Counted from the first letter of the stretch, positions 39,402 to 48,328 are shown. The stretch is DNA of 54,024 bases from an uncultured bacterium (GCA_964524135.1 CAZGBZ010000001.1:1-54024); one strand, 5' to 3'. Made by a program: numbers and translations. The notes: generated from the sequence alone by a model not told the origin.

Positions 39402-41378
39402 ATGAATCAGACTCTTATTGAAAAAATAGTACAGAAACATGCAGTAGGATTAGAACCCGGACAGATAGTAAAATCTGGTGATTTTATATCCATCCAGCCT
39501 GCACATGTAATGACCCACGATAACACAGGGGCAGTCATGGGAAAATTCAAAGCCATTGGTGCCAGCAAAATGGCGAACCCCCGACAACCGGTGTTTACAC
39601 TGGATCATAATGTTCAGGATACCTCTGAGACCAATTTGAAGAAATATTCTGGGATTGAAGCATTTGGAAAAGAGATGGGTGTGGATTTCTTTCCTGCTGG
39701 CAGAGGTATTGGTCATCAAATAATGTGCGAAGAAGGCTATGCTTGGCCAGGAACCATGGTGGTTGCTTCTGATAGCCATTCCAATATGTACGGCGGACTG
39801 GGATGCCTGGGAACGCCCGTTGTACGAACCGATGCCGCCGCTTTATGGGCAACATGCCGTACTTGGTGGCAGGTCCCGCCCATTACCAAGGTTGAATTAA
39901 CTGGAAACCTGCAAAAAGGGGTTACCGGCAAAGATGTCATCATTACTCTCTGTGGCTTGTTCAATAATGATGAAATATTAAATCATGTGCTTGAGTTTAC
40001 AGGAGAAGGTGTTTCCAATTTAAGTGTTGATGAACGACTTTCAATCGCTAACATGACCACCGAATGGGGTGCGCTGGCAGGTGTTTTTCCCATTGATGAA
40101 GTCACAATAGATTGGCTAAATAATAGAGCACAAATTATTAGTGAGCGTGGATTAGAAGGGGTACCTTCAGATAAAGATGGTGAAAATGGTATTCACCCTA
40201 GAATAAATAAGGATACCATTAATATCTTAACAACTAATACACTTAAAGCTGATATAGATGCGTTTTACACTAAGGTAATTCAACTAAACCTTTCTACAGT
40301 GTCTCCACACATTTCTGGTCCCCATAATGTTAAAACTATGACCAGTGTGAACGATGCATTTACTCAAAATATTAAAATAAATAAAGCATATTTAGTTAGT
40401 TGTGTAAATAGCCGGGTTGAAGATCTGGCTGAAGCTGCCAAAACTATTAGAGGCAAGCAGATTGCACCACATGTTGAGTTTTATATTGCAGCGGCATCCA
40501 GCGAGGTACAGGCTGAAAGCAATTCAAGAGGTGATTGGCAAGCACTGGTGGACGCTGGTGCAACTCCCCTTCCACCTGGTTGTGGACCGTGTATTGGTCT
40601 GGGTGTGGGATTGCTGGGACCTGGAGAAGTGGGTATTTCAGCTACCAATCGGAATTTTAAAGGTAGAATGGGTGATCCTTCTGCTGAGGCATATCTGGCT
40701 TCGCCATCCGTTGTTGCAGCATCTGCCATTGCGGGGAAAATAGTGCCTCCCTTTGATTGGGATAGTGTTGTACCAGAAGGACATATTACGGTAAATGATA
40801 AACCTGAAACCGGAGAGAGCAGCGTTTCCCTGTTGGATGGTTTCCCTGAAAAATTGGAGGGTGAAATTATTTTCTGCCACCAGGATAATTTGAATACTGA
40901 CGGAATTTATCCCGGTAAATATACCTATATAGATGACTTTACCCCAGAGCAAATGGCTGAAGTGTTGATGGAAAATTATGACCCTGAATTTGGAAAAATA
41001 GTAGAAAAGGGTGATATTATTGTGGGTGGATTTAATTTCGGTACGGGATCATCTAGAGAACAAGCGGCTACCTGCCTCATGTACCGTGGAATCCAAATGG
41101 TAATGGCTGGTTCGTTCAGTCAAACTTATAAACGAAATGCCATCAATAATGGATTTCTTGTAATAGAAACTCCTGAATTATTAGCTGATCTAAAAACAGA
41201 ATTTGGAAAAACTAAATTATCTGTTAAAACTGGGTGGAACTTGCAGGTAGATTTCAAAAATTGCAACATAATTATTGGGGAAAAGAAGTATCCAATAAGT
41301 CCGGTTGGTACTGCTGCCCAAGAACTCATACTTACCAAGGGTTTGGAAAACTGGGTAAAGGAAAGGATTAAAAAATAA
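39402..41378 (+). CDS. lysF: Single-chain homoaconitase-like hydratase (fungal Lys4/LysF type)
   Basis: QTLIEKIVQKHAVGL, THDN, DSHSNMYG, SCVNSR, CGPCIG, NRNFKGRMG, NTDGIYPGKY, NFGTGSSRE. Substrate not established. Confidence 0.82.
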   Translation: MNQTLIEKIVQKHAVGLEPGQIVKSGDFISIQPAHVMTHDNTGAVMGKFKAIGASKMANPRQPVFTLDHNVQDTSETNLKKYSGIEAFGKEMGVDFFPAGRGIGHQIMCEEGYAWPGTMVVASDSHSNMYGGLGCLGTPVVRTDAAALWATCRTWWQVPPITKVELTGNLQKGVTGKDVIITLCGLFNNDEILNHVLEFTGEGVSNLSVDERLSIANMTTEWGALAGVFPIDEVTIDWLNNRAQIISERGLEGVPSDKDGENGIHPRINKDTINILTTNTLKADIDAFYTKVIQLNLSTVSPHISGPHNVKTMTSVNDAFTQNIKINKAYLVSCVNSRVEDLAEAAKTIRGKQIAPHVEFYIAAASSEVQAESNSRGDWQALVDAGATPLPPGCGPCIGLGVGLLGPGEVGISATNRNFKGRMGDPSAEAYLASPSVVAASAIAGKIVPPFDWDSVVPEGHITVNDKPETGESSVSLLDGFPEKLEGEIIFCHQDNLNTDGIYPGKYTYIDDFTPEQMAEVLMENYDPEFGKIVEKGDIIVGGFNFGTGSSREQAATCLMYRGIQMVMAGSFSQTYKRNAINNGFLVIETPELLADLKTEFGKTKLSVKTGWNLQVDFKNCNIIIGEKKYPISPVGTAAQELILTKGLENWVKERIKK

Positions 41379-41464
41379 ACCACGAATTTCGCGAGTTACA
41401 CGAAGAACAATGTTAAACAAAATATTATAATGGATAATTTTTGAAATTCGTGTAATTTGCGGTT
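41378..41464 (+). repeat. Empty periodic inverted-repeat site (site 4)
   Basis: Left AACCACGAAT-TTCGCGAGT-TACACGAA (41378-41404), 32-bp spacer, right ATTTTTGAA-ATTCGTGTA-ATTTGCGGTT (41437-41464). Confidence 0.8.
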
Positions 41465-41480
41465 AAATAAGGAAATAAAA

Positions 41481-42677
41481 ATGAACAGAACAATCGTTAA
41501 AATGCCGGGAGATGGCATTGGCAAGGTAGTGTTAGATGAAGCCATCAGAGTATTGGATGCGGCTGGATTTGAAGCCCATTATGTAGAAGGTGATATTGGC
41601 TGGGAATTTTGGAGAAGTGAGGGGAATCCCCTCCCCCAGCGCACTCTTGATCTCATTGCTAAACATAAAATCGGATTATTTGGTGCCATTACCTCTAAAC
41701 CCAAGGATGATGCCTTTGATGAACTCTCACCTGAACTTCAAGAAAAGGAGCTGGTGTATTCAAGTCCCATTGTGGGACTTCGTCAACATTTTGGATTGGA
41801 TATTTGTCTCCGACCATGTCGAACTTACAAAGGGAATCCGCTAAATTTTATTCGTAGAGGTGCAAATGATACTATTGATGAGCCTGAAGTGGATGTGGCG
41901 ATTTTCCGGCAGAATACGGAAGGTCTCTATGGCGGAGTGGAGTGGAGTAATCCGCCAGAGCAAGTGTATGAAGCTCTTATGACCCATCCGAAGTTTAAAC
42001 AAAATTTTGGAGATACTCCTGTTGATGAAGTGTCGGTTTCTACACGAATTTTTACCAAAAAGTGTACCGAACGAATTTTAAGGGCAGCCTTTAATCATGC
42101 AAGAAAATATGGGTATAAATCGGTTACTGTCTGTGAAAAACCAAATGTCATACGGGAAACCTCAGGAATGATGTACAAAATGGCACAGGAAATTCAAAAG
42201 GCTGACTTTTCTGAAATTGAACTGTGGAATACTAATATTGATGCCCAAATGATGTGGCTTACCAAGAATCCTGAAAATTATGGTGTAATTGTAGCTGGTA
42301 ACATGTTCGGAGATATCGTCTCTGACGGCTTTGCGGGGCTCATTGGTGGACTTGGATTTGCCTGCTCTGCCCAGTATAATCCTGAAACCGGCATTGGCGT
42401 TTTCGAACCCACCCATGGAAGTGCCCCTAAATATGCAGACTACCCTGTTTCCATTGTAAACCCCATAGCGATGGTTGAATCTGCCTGTATGATGTTGGAC
42501 TTTATTGATGAACAAAGTACAGCCACAAAAATTAGAAAAGCTGTGGCAGAGGTGGTGTCTGATGGAAAAGTAAAAACTTACGACATGGCAAAAATGAGTG
42601 GACGAGCTGATGTGGTTGAAAAAGGAGCCGCTTCAACATCTCAAATGGCCGATGCAATTATTGCAAAACTAAACTGA
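41481..42677 (+). CDS. Isocitrate/isopropylmalate/homoisocitrate dehydrogenase family protein
   Basis: ATG 41481 follows AAGGA; PGDGIG, RQNTEGLY, KPNV, NMFGDIVSD, FEPTHGSAP. Confidence 0.92.
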   Translation: MNRTIVKMPGDGIGKVVLDEAIRVLDAAGFEAHYVEGDIGWEFWRSEGNPLPQRTLDLIAKHKIGLFGAITSKPKDDAFDELSPELQEKELVYSSPIVGLRQHFGLDICLRPCRTYKGNPLNFIRRGANDTIDEPEVDVAIFRQNTEGLYGGVEWSNPPEQVYEALMTHPKFKQNFGDTPVDEVSVSTRIFTKKCTERILRAAFNHARKYGYKSVTVCEKPNVIRETSGMMYKMAQEIQKADFSEIELWNTNIDAQMMWLTKNPENYGVIVAGNMFGDIVSDGFAGLIGGLGFACSAQYNPETGIGVFEPTHGSAPKYADYPVSIVNPIAMVESACMMLDFIDEQSTATKIRKAVAEVVSDGKVKTYDMAKMSGRADVVEKGAASTSQMADAIIAKLN

Positions 42678-42704
42678 ACCACAGATTTCACAGATTACTC
42701 AGAT
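42677..42704 (+). repeat. Left arm of periodic inverted-repeat pair (site 5)
   Basis: AACCACAGAT-TTCACAGAT-TACTCAGAT, overlapping the upstream TGA. Confidence 0.85.
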
Positions 42705-42707
42705 TAA

Positions 42708-43079
42708 TTGAAAGAGTTTAAACATAAGGAATTAACCTATAAAATTATCGGTTGTGCAATGGAAGTTCACAAGGTTTTGGGAACGGGTTTATTAGAATCT
42801 GTATATGAAGCTGCATTATGTGTCGAATTAGAAAAAGCTGGAATACCATTTGCTACCCAAGTTGAATTCCCAGTCATATATAAAGGGAAAAAGATTAATT
42901 AGTTTGTATGTGATTTATTGGCTGATAAAAAGATAATTATAGAATTGAAAGCTATTAAACAAATTACAGACATAGATAAAGCTCAAATTATTAATTATCT
43001 AAAGGTTACGAAATTAGAGATTGGGCTATTAATCAATTTTGGTGCAGTTTCTCTTCAATATGAGAGATTCGTTAATTAG
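42708..43079 (+). pseudogene. GxxExxY protein (PD-(D/E)xK-like) interrupted by in-frame TAG at 42900-42902
   Basis: GLLESVY motif. Past the TAG the same frame continues FVCDLLADKKIIIELKA...AQIINYLK...GLLINFG...RFVN to TAG 43077-43079. Confidence 0.85.
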
Positions 43080-43083
43080 TATT

Positions 43084-43111
43084 TTCTGTGTCATCTGTGT
43101 AATCTGTGGTT
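43084..43111 (+). repeat. Right arm of periodic inverted-repeat pair (site 5)
   Basis: TTCTGTGTC-ATCTGTGTA-ATCTGTGGTT; its reverse complement matches the left arm at 24 of 27 nt. Confidence 0.85.
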
Positions 43112-43127
43112 AAAAAAGGAGAATAAA

Positions 43128-44561
43128 ATGGAAAAATCTATCGCAAGACAAATGGCTGAATATTCAGTTGGACTTAAATATGAAGACCTCCCAGAAGAAG
43201 TGGTTCATGAGGTAAAACGCTATATGTATGACTCCATTGGTTGTGCCTATGGCGGATATCATACAAAAGACTTGAACATCATCCGTGATATTTACATGGA
43301 AATGGGTGGAAAAGGTGAGGCAACTGTTTTAGGATTTGGAGATAAACTTCCAGCAGTGAATGCTACTCTCATTAATTCACTCATGGTGCGTGCATTAGAT
43401 TTTAATGATATTTACTGGAAAGATGACCCTTCCCATCCTTCAGATATTATACCAGCCGCGTGGGCTGCTGGAGAACTGGTGAATGCCAATATGAAAGATG
43501 TCATAGTTGCCATTGTTTTGGCATACGAATTTGAGCAACGCCTCTGCCTTTTTGCCAAACCTGGAGTTCGGGAAAGAAAATGGCATCATGCCACCCTTAC
43601 CCAATTTGTATCCCCAATAGTTGCTGGAAAACTCTTAGGATTAACGGTGGATGAAATAGTGCATGCCATAGGAATCAGTGGCTGCCATAACCATACCATT
43701 GGATGCCCTACTGCAGGTAAACTCACTATGATGAAAAATACAGTCGACCCTATGGCAGTTCAGTCCGGCGTGTTTGCGGCGCTCATGGCACAGAAAGGAT
43801 ATTCCGGTACTGAAAAGGTGTTCGAGGGCAAAGAAGGATTCATGGATGCCTTTATTGGCTGGAATGCCAAAAATGAATCCATGAAACCAACCGATATGGA
43901 AGGAAGAGATGGTGTTTCAACTTGGGCGTGGGATGTTGAAGCTCTGGTAAGCGGGTTGGGAGACAGTTATAAAATTATGGAATGCGGAATGAAGGCTTTC
44001 CCTACAGAAGCCCTCACACACACACACCTCTCCTGTGTACTAAACGCCATGATCAGTAATAATCTGGAATATTCAGACATAAAAGAAGTAAAAGTTACCT
44101 GTTTTGCTCAAGCATATGATATTTTATTTGACCCCACCAAATACCGCCCAGAATCTCGTGAAACTGCTGATCACTCCCTTCCTTATTGCATGGCAGCTGC
44201 GATGGTGGATAAGAAAATTACCACCGATTCTTTTTCTGATGAAAAGCTGAAAGACCCACGAATTTTTGAAGTGATTGATAAAATAATTGGAGAACCCTCT
44301 CAAGAATTTGAAAAAATGTTTCCTGCCAAACAACCATCCCGAGTTGTAGTAACGACAAACGATGGCAGAACATTCGAGGAATATCTTGAATATCCCAAAG
44401 GGGACCCCCGAGAGCCCATGACTATGGATGATTTAGAGAATAAGTTTAATTCTTTGGTAGGTGATAAATTAAACGAATCAGAAAAACACCAATTAAAGGA
44501 AACGATATTCAACTGTGAAAATATGACCACAAATGAGTTTATGACAGCATTAAATGTGTAA
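43128..44561 (+). CDS. prpD: MmgE/PrpD-family dehydratase
   Basis: LDFND, SHPSD, ADHSLPY, PKGDP; AAGGAG SD. Confidence 0.88.
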   Translation: MEKSIARQMAEYSVGLKYEDLPEEVVHEVKRYMYDSIGCAYGGYHTKDLNIIRDIYMEMGGKGEATVLGFGDKLPAVNATLINSLMVRALDFNDIYWKDDPSHPSDIIPAAWAAGELVNANMKDVIVAIVLAYEFEQRLCLFAKPGVRERKWHHATLTQFVSPIVAGKLLGLTVDEIVHAIGISGCHNHTIGCPTAGKLTMMKNTVDPMAVQSGVFAALMAQKGYSGTEKVFEGKEGFMDAFIGWNAKNESMKPTDMEGRDGVSTWAWDVEALVSGLGDSYKIMECGMKAFPTEALTHTHLSCVLNAMISNNLEYSDIKEVKVTCFAQAYDILFDPTKYRPESRETADHSLPYCMAAAMVDKKITTDSFSDEKLKDPRIFEVIDKIIGEPSQEFEKMFPAKQPSRVVVTTNDGRTFEEYLEYPKGDPREPMTMDDLENKFNSLVGDKLNESEKHQLKETIFNCENMTTNEFMTALNV

Positions 44562-44569
44562 CCAGTAAA

Positions 44570-45826
44570 ATGTCCATATCCATTTTCAAATGTATCTCAT
44601 GCAATAAAGAGTTTGATATTCAGGAAATCCGTTACCGCTGTGACTGTGGTGATTTGCTGGAAGTTATTCACGATTTACAACAGGTCATTCCAAATTCCGC
44701 TGATTGGAAAGTTAAACTTGATGGCAAATTGGGGGAGGTTGCTTTTAAGCGTTATCAGGATATCTTATTCCCCTCTCTCCCTCTTGACAAACTCATAACT
44801 CTTCAAGAAGGTGATACACCCCTTTATGATGTGTCCTATACATTTCCCCAATTTTTTAGCCTAAAGTTGAAACATGAGGGGATGAACCCCACCTTGAGTT
44901 TCAAGGATAGGGGTATGGTTGCAGGAGTATCCTGGGCAAATCATTTAGGCTGTGAAAATGTTATCTGCGCTTCTACTGGAGACACGTCTGCCGCTATGGC
45001 TGCCTACGCCGGTGCAACACCAAATATGAAGGGAATTGTACTCTTGCCAAAAGGAAAAATATCTCCGGAACAATTGGCGCAACCCATATCCTTTGGAGCA
45101 TTAACAATAGGAATAGAAACAGACTTTGACGGCTGCATGAAACTGGTCCAGAATCTGACAGAAAAACACAATATCTACTTACTGAATTCCATGAATTCTG
45201 TACGTATTGAGGGACAGAAAGCTATAGGAATTGAAACACTCCATCAACTTAATTGGCAGGTACCGGACTGGTTTGTGATTCCTGTGGGGAATGCCGGCAA
45301 TATCTCCGCTCTGGGTAAAGGATTACGAGAATTATACGAATTGGGAATCATTGATAAACTCCCTCGATTGGCGGGTATCCAAACAGAAGGAGCATCGCCA
45401 CTTTATAAAAGTTTTAAAAATGGATACACAGAATTAATTCCACAGAAGGCAAAAGCCACCAAAGCATCTGCCATCCAAATTGGTGATCCTGTAAGCTACG
45501 GAAAAGCGGTACGTGAATTGAAGCATTTTGACGGTGTGGTGGAAGCCGTAACCGAAACGGAATTAATGAACTGGAAAGCACAAATTGACAGATTGGGAAT
45601 ATCTATATGTCCTAATAGTTCAGTAGCAGTAGCCGGTGCAATGAAATTGAATAGAGGTGGAATCATTAAGCAAAACGAAGAAGTAGTTGTTATTCTCACC
45701 GCACATGGCAGTAAATTTTCCAATACCTCAGTAGAATACCATAAAGACAAGGCCAATCAATTTGCTAACCAAACTCATACCATTCCTCCCAATTTAGAGA
45801 ATCTGGAAGGTGCATTAAACTTATGA
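44570..45826 (+). CDS. thrC: Threonine synthase
   Basis: EGDTPL, EGMNPTLSFKDRG, ASTGDT, PVGNAGN; overlaps thrB. Confidence 0.95.
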   Translation: MSISIFKCISCNKEFDIQEIRYRCDCGDLLEVIHDLQQVIPNSADWKVKLDGKLGEVAFKRYQDILFPSLPLDKLITLQEGDTPLYDVSYTFPQFFSLKLKHEGMNPTLSFKDRGMVAGVSWANHLGCENVICASTGDTSAAMAAYAGATPNMKGIVLLPKGKISPEQLAQPISFGALTIGIETDFDGCMKLVQNLTEKHNIYLLNSMNSVRIEGQKAIGIETLHQLNWQVPDWFVIPVGNAGNISALGKGLRELYELGIIDKLPRLAGIQTEGASPLYKSFKNGYTELIPQKAKATKASAIQIGDPVSYGKAVRELKHFDGVVEAVTETELMNWKAQIDRLGISICPNSSVAVAGAMKLNRGGIIKQNEEVVVILTAHGSKFSNTSVEYHKDKANQFANQTHTIPPNLENLEGALNL

Positions 45827-46767
45827 AATCAGTAAAAGTATTTGCACCTGCAACCATCGGAAATATTGGACCGGGATTTGATGTATTGGGGCTTGCCATT
45901 AAAGGGATAGGTGATATTGTTGAAGCCAAAGAAATCCCCGGAAATGAATTGATAATTGAGGCTGTTTTAGAAGCTGACCATGACATTTCTACTAACCCTG
46001 ATAAGAACACGGCGGGTATTGCTGCCAAGAAAGCACTGAAATTTATGGGTATTTCCACAGGGGTGGCACTCATAATAACCAAAGGAATGCCCTCTGGTAG
46101 TGGACTGGGAAGCAGTGCTGCATCAGCGGTAGGAGGAGCCAACGCAGTTAATTGCCTGTTTGGAAATTCGCTTTCAAAAGAAAAGTTACTGAAGGCAGCA
46201 ATGGCAGGTGAGTATTCTGTTAGTGGAGGATACTTTGCCGATAATGTTGCACCGGCAATTTATGGAGGTGCCACCCTCACTCGGTCACTAAATCCATTGG
46301 AAGTTACTCCACTAGGGTATATATCTGATCTTATACTCGTTTTGGTCATGCCAAAGGTTAAAATTCTTACCAGAGATTCGCGAAAAATACTCCCTGAAAA
46401 TATACCCCTTTCAGATTTTGTAGTAAACCTGGCCAATACAGCCAGCATTACCGCCGCCTTTTGTAAAAACGATTATAGTTTACTCAAAGATAATTTATTT
46501 GATTATATAATCGAGCCAACCCGTTCAACCCTAATCCCAGGATTTCCAGAGGCAAAAGAAGCGGCCTTGGATGCCGGTGCTAATGGAATGACTATTTCAG
46601 GTTCAGGTCCCACCGTTTTTGCCATTACCAACTCACAAAAGACTGCTGAAAAAATTGAATCTGCCATGGTAACAGCATTTAATAATAAAGGGGTTGAATG
46701 TAATTCGCTCATTACAACCTCTTCCAAAGAAGGCTCTGGGATAGTGAAAAGTGGAATAATTACTTAG
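45823..46767 (+). CDS. thrB: Homoserine kinase
   Basis: PATIGNIGPGFD, PSGSGLGSSAA, DNVAP, SGSGP. Confidence 0.95.
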   Translation: MKSVKVFAPATIGNIGPGFDVLGLAIKGIGDIVEAKEIPGNELIIEAVLEADHDISTNPDKNTAGIAAKKALKFMGISTGVALIITKGMPSGSGLGSSAASAVGGANAVNCLFGNSLSKEKLLKAAMAGEYSVSGGYFADNVAPAIYGGATLTRSLNPLEVTPLGYISDLILVLVMPKVKILTRDSRKILPENIPLSDFVVNLANTASITAAFCKNDYSLLKDNLFDYIIEPTRSTLIPGFPEAKEAALDAGANGMTISGSGPTVFAITNSQKTAEKIESAMVTAFNNKGVECNSLITTSSKEGSGIVKSGIIT

Positions 46768-46780
46768 ATTAAATTTCCCC

Positions 46781-47422
46781 ATGGCAATAAAGATAAATGA
46801 GATTTATTACTCGGTTCAGGGTGAGTCCACTCATGCAGGGCGACCTTGCATTTTTATACGCCTCACCTATTGTAACCTCCGCTGCACATACTGTGACACT
46901 GAATATGCCTTTTATGAAGGTAAGGATATGCAAATTACTCATATCATGAATGAAATCCAACAATGGGACTGCAACTTGGTGGAAGTCACTGGTGGTGAAC
47001 CCCTCTTTCAAGAAGAATGCATTATTTTACTTAATGAATTGGTGAAAAGTAATTACGAGGTAATGTTGGAGACAGGCGGATCGCTCCCTATTTCTGATGT
47101 ACCCAAAAAGGTTATTAAAATAGTGGACTTTAAATGCCCCTCCAGCGCAATGGAAAAGAAGAATTTATGGTCAATTTTGGATGATTTACAATCCCACGAT
47201 GAAATAAAATTTGTTATTGGTAACCGTGAGGATTTTGATTGGGCAAAAGATAGAATTTCAGAATATTCTTTAGACAAATTATGCACCCTATTATTTTCTC
47301 CCACCTTTGGTAAAATTGATCCTCAGCAAATTGTAGATTGGATTTTAGCTGATAACCTACCTGTGAGAATGCAAATGCAAATGCATAAAGTGATTTGGAA
47401 TCCGGAAGAGACAGGAGTGTAG
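46781..47422 (+). CDS. queE: 7-carboxy-7-deazaguanine synthase (radical SAM)
   Basis: SVQGE, CNLRCTYCDT, TGGEP, ETGG, QMHK; adjacent to queC. Confidence 0.92.
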   Translation: MAIKINEIYYSVQGESTHAGRPCIFIRLTYCNLRCTYCDTEYAFYEGKDMQITHIMNEIQQWDCNLVEVTGGEPLFQEECIILLNELVKSNYEVMLETGGSLPISDVPKKVIKIVDFKCPSSAMEKKNLWSILDDLQSHDEIKFVIGNREDFDWAKDRISEYSLDKLCTLLFSPTFGKIDPQQIVDWILADNLPVRMQMQMHKVIWNPEETGV

Positions 47423-47423
47423 T

Positions 47424-48110
47424 ATGAGGAGAAAGGAGAAAGGAGAAAGGAGAAAGGCAATAATACTTATTTCCGGTGGAATGGATAGCTGTGTTACCGC
47501 AGCTTTTGCCATAAACGATGGGTACATACCAGCATTTCTGCACATTAATTATGGACAACGAACTGAGTACCGGGAGTTAAAAGCATTTCATGAAATTGCC
47601 GATCACTTCCAGGTAGACCAAAAATTAGTGGTGGATATTTCCCATTTATCAGAAATCGGTGGATCTTGTCTTACAGATGAAAATATTGAGGTTCCCAATG
47701 CAGATTTGGAGAATGAAGATATTCCGATTTCGTACGTGCCTTTCCGCAATGCAAATATTTTGGCAGCAGCAACAAGTTGGGCAGAGGTATTGGGAGCAAA
47801 AGCTATATATGTGGGAGCTGTTGAAGAAGATTCATCAGGCTACCCTGATTGCAGGCGATCCTTTTTTGATGCCTTTGAAGAGACAATTGACAGGGGTACG
47901 AAACCCGAGACACAAATAAAAATTATTACTCCTCTCATCACTCTCTCAAAAAAGGAAATTGTGGAAAAAGGAATTGCCCTAAATGCTCCCCTGCACCTCA
48001 CCTGGAGCTGCTATAAGAATGAAGATGTTCCCTGCGGTGAATGTGATTCTTGTGCCCTGAGAGCAAGGGGGTTTGAACAGGCAGGGATGCAAGATCCGAT
48101 CTTGATTTAG
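47424..48110 (+). CDS. queC: 7-cyano-7-deazaguanine synthase
   Basis: SGGMDS, YGQR, YVPFRN, YPDC, TWSCY...CGECDSC. Confidence 0.96.
   Translation: MRRKEKGERRKAIILISGGMDSCVTAAFAINDGYIPAFLHINYGQRTEYRELKAFHEIADHFQVDQKLVVDISHLSEIGGSCLTDENIEVPNADLENEDIPISYVPFRNANILAAATSWAEVLGAKAIYVGAVEEDSSGYPDCRRSFFDAFEETIDRGTKPETQIKIITPLITLSKKEIVEKGIALNAPLHLTWSCYKNEDVPCGECDSCALRARGFEQAGMQDPILI
47427..47457 (+). repeat. Heptanucleotide tandem repeat (AGGAGAA)x4 + AGG at the start of queC
   Basis: Four perfect units immediately follow the ATG. Confidence 0.9.
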
Positions 48111-48328
48111 GAATTATCCTGTGCATTACTAACCTACAAGGTGACAATCTCTTAATACATTTTCCCCCTTAGAGATTTAATTATACATTAAGATTTAGCC
48201 GTTTTCTATTTGCCAATTGCTGTTGGATAATTTTCACAAGCAGGATGCTTTTGATACAGTTCCTTACCCTTCCCAAGTTGATGTGGGCAACAAGCTGGAA
48301 AGAATGTTGAACAAATCTTCAAAAGATA

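Noticed and set aside
42900..42902. TAG as pyrrolysine or a genome-wide reassigned codon
   Set aside because: TAG ends normal genes here (caspase fusion, thrB, queE, queC, TerB), and no pyl genes are visible.
35961..43111. Recurrent ~28-bp repeats as a CRISPR array
   Set aside because: The copies are inverted, degenerate and separated by whole genes; there are no regular spacers and no cas genes.
44559..44569. TAACCAG after the prpD stop as a sixth repeat site
   Set aside because: Only 5 nt match the arm start; there is no periodic unit or partner arm.
46781..48110. queE/queC/folE/queD as a dpd DNA-modification island
   Set aside because: No dpdA or tgt-like gene is in the window, and the context is housekeeping, consistent with tRNA queuosine synthesis.
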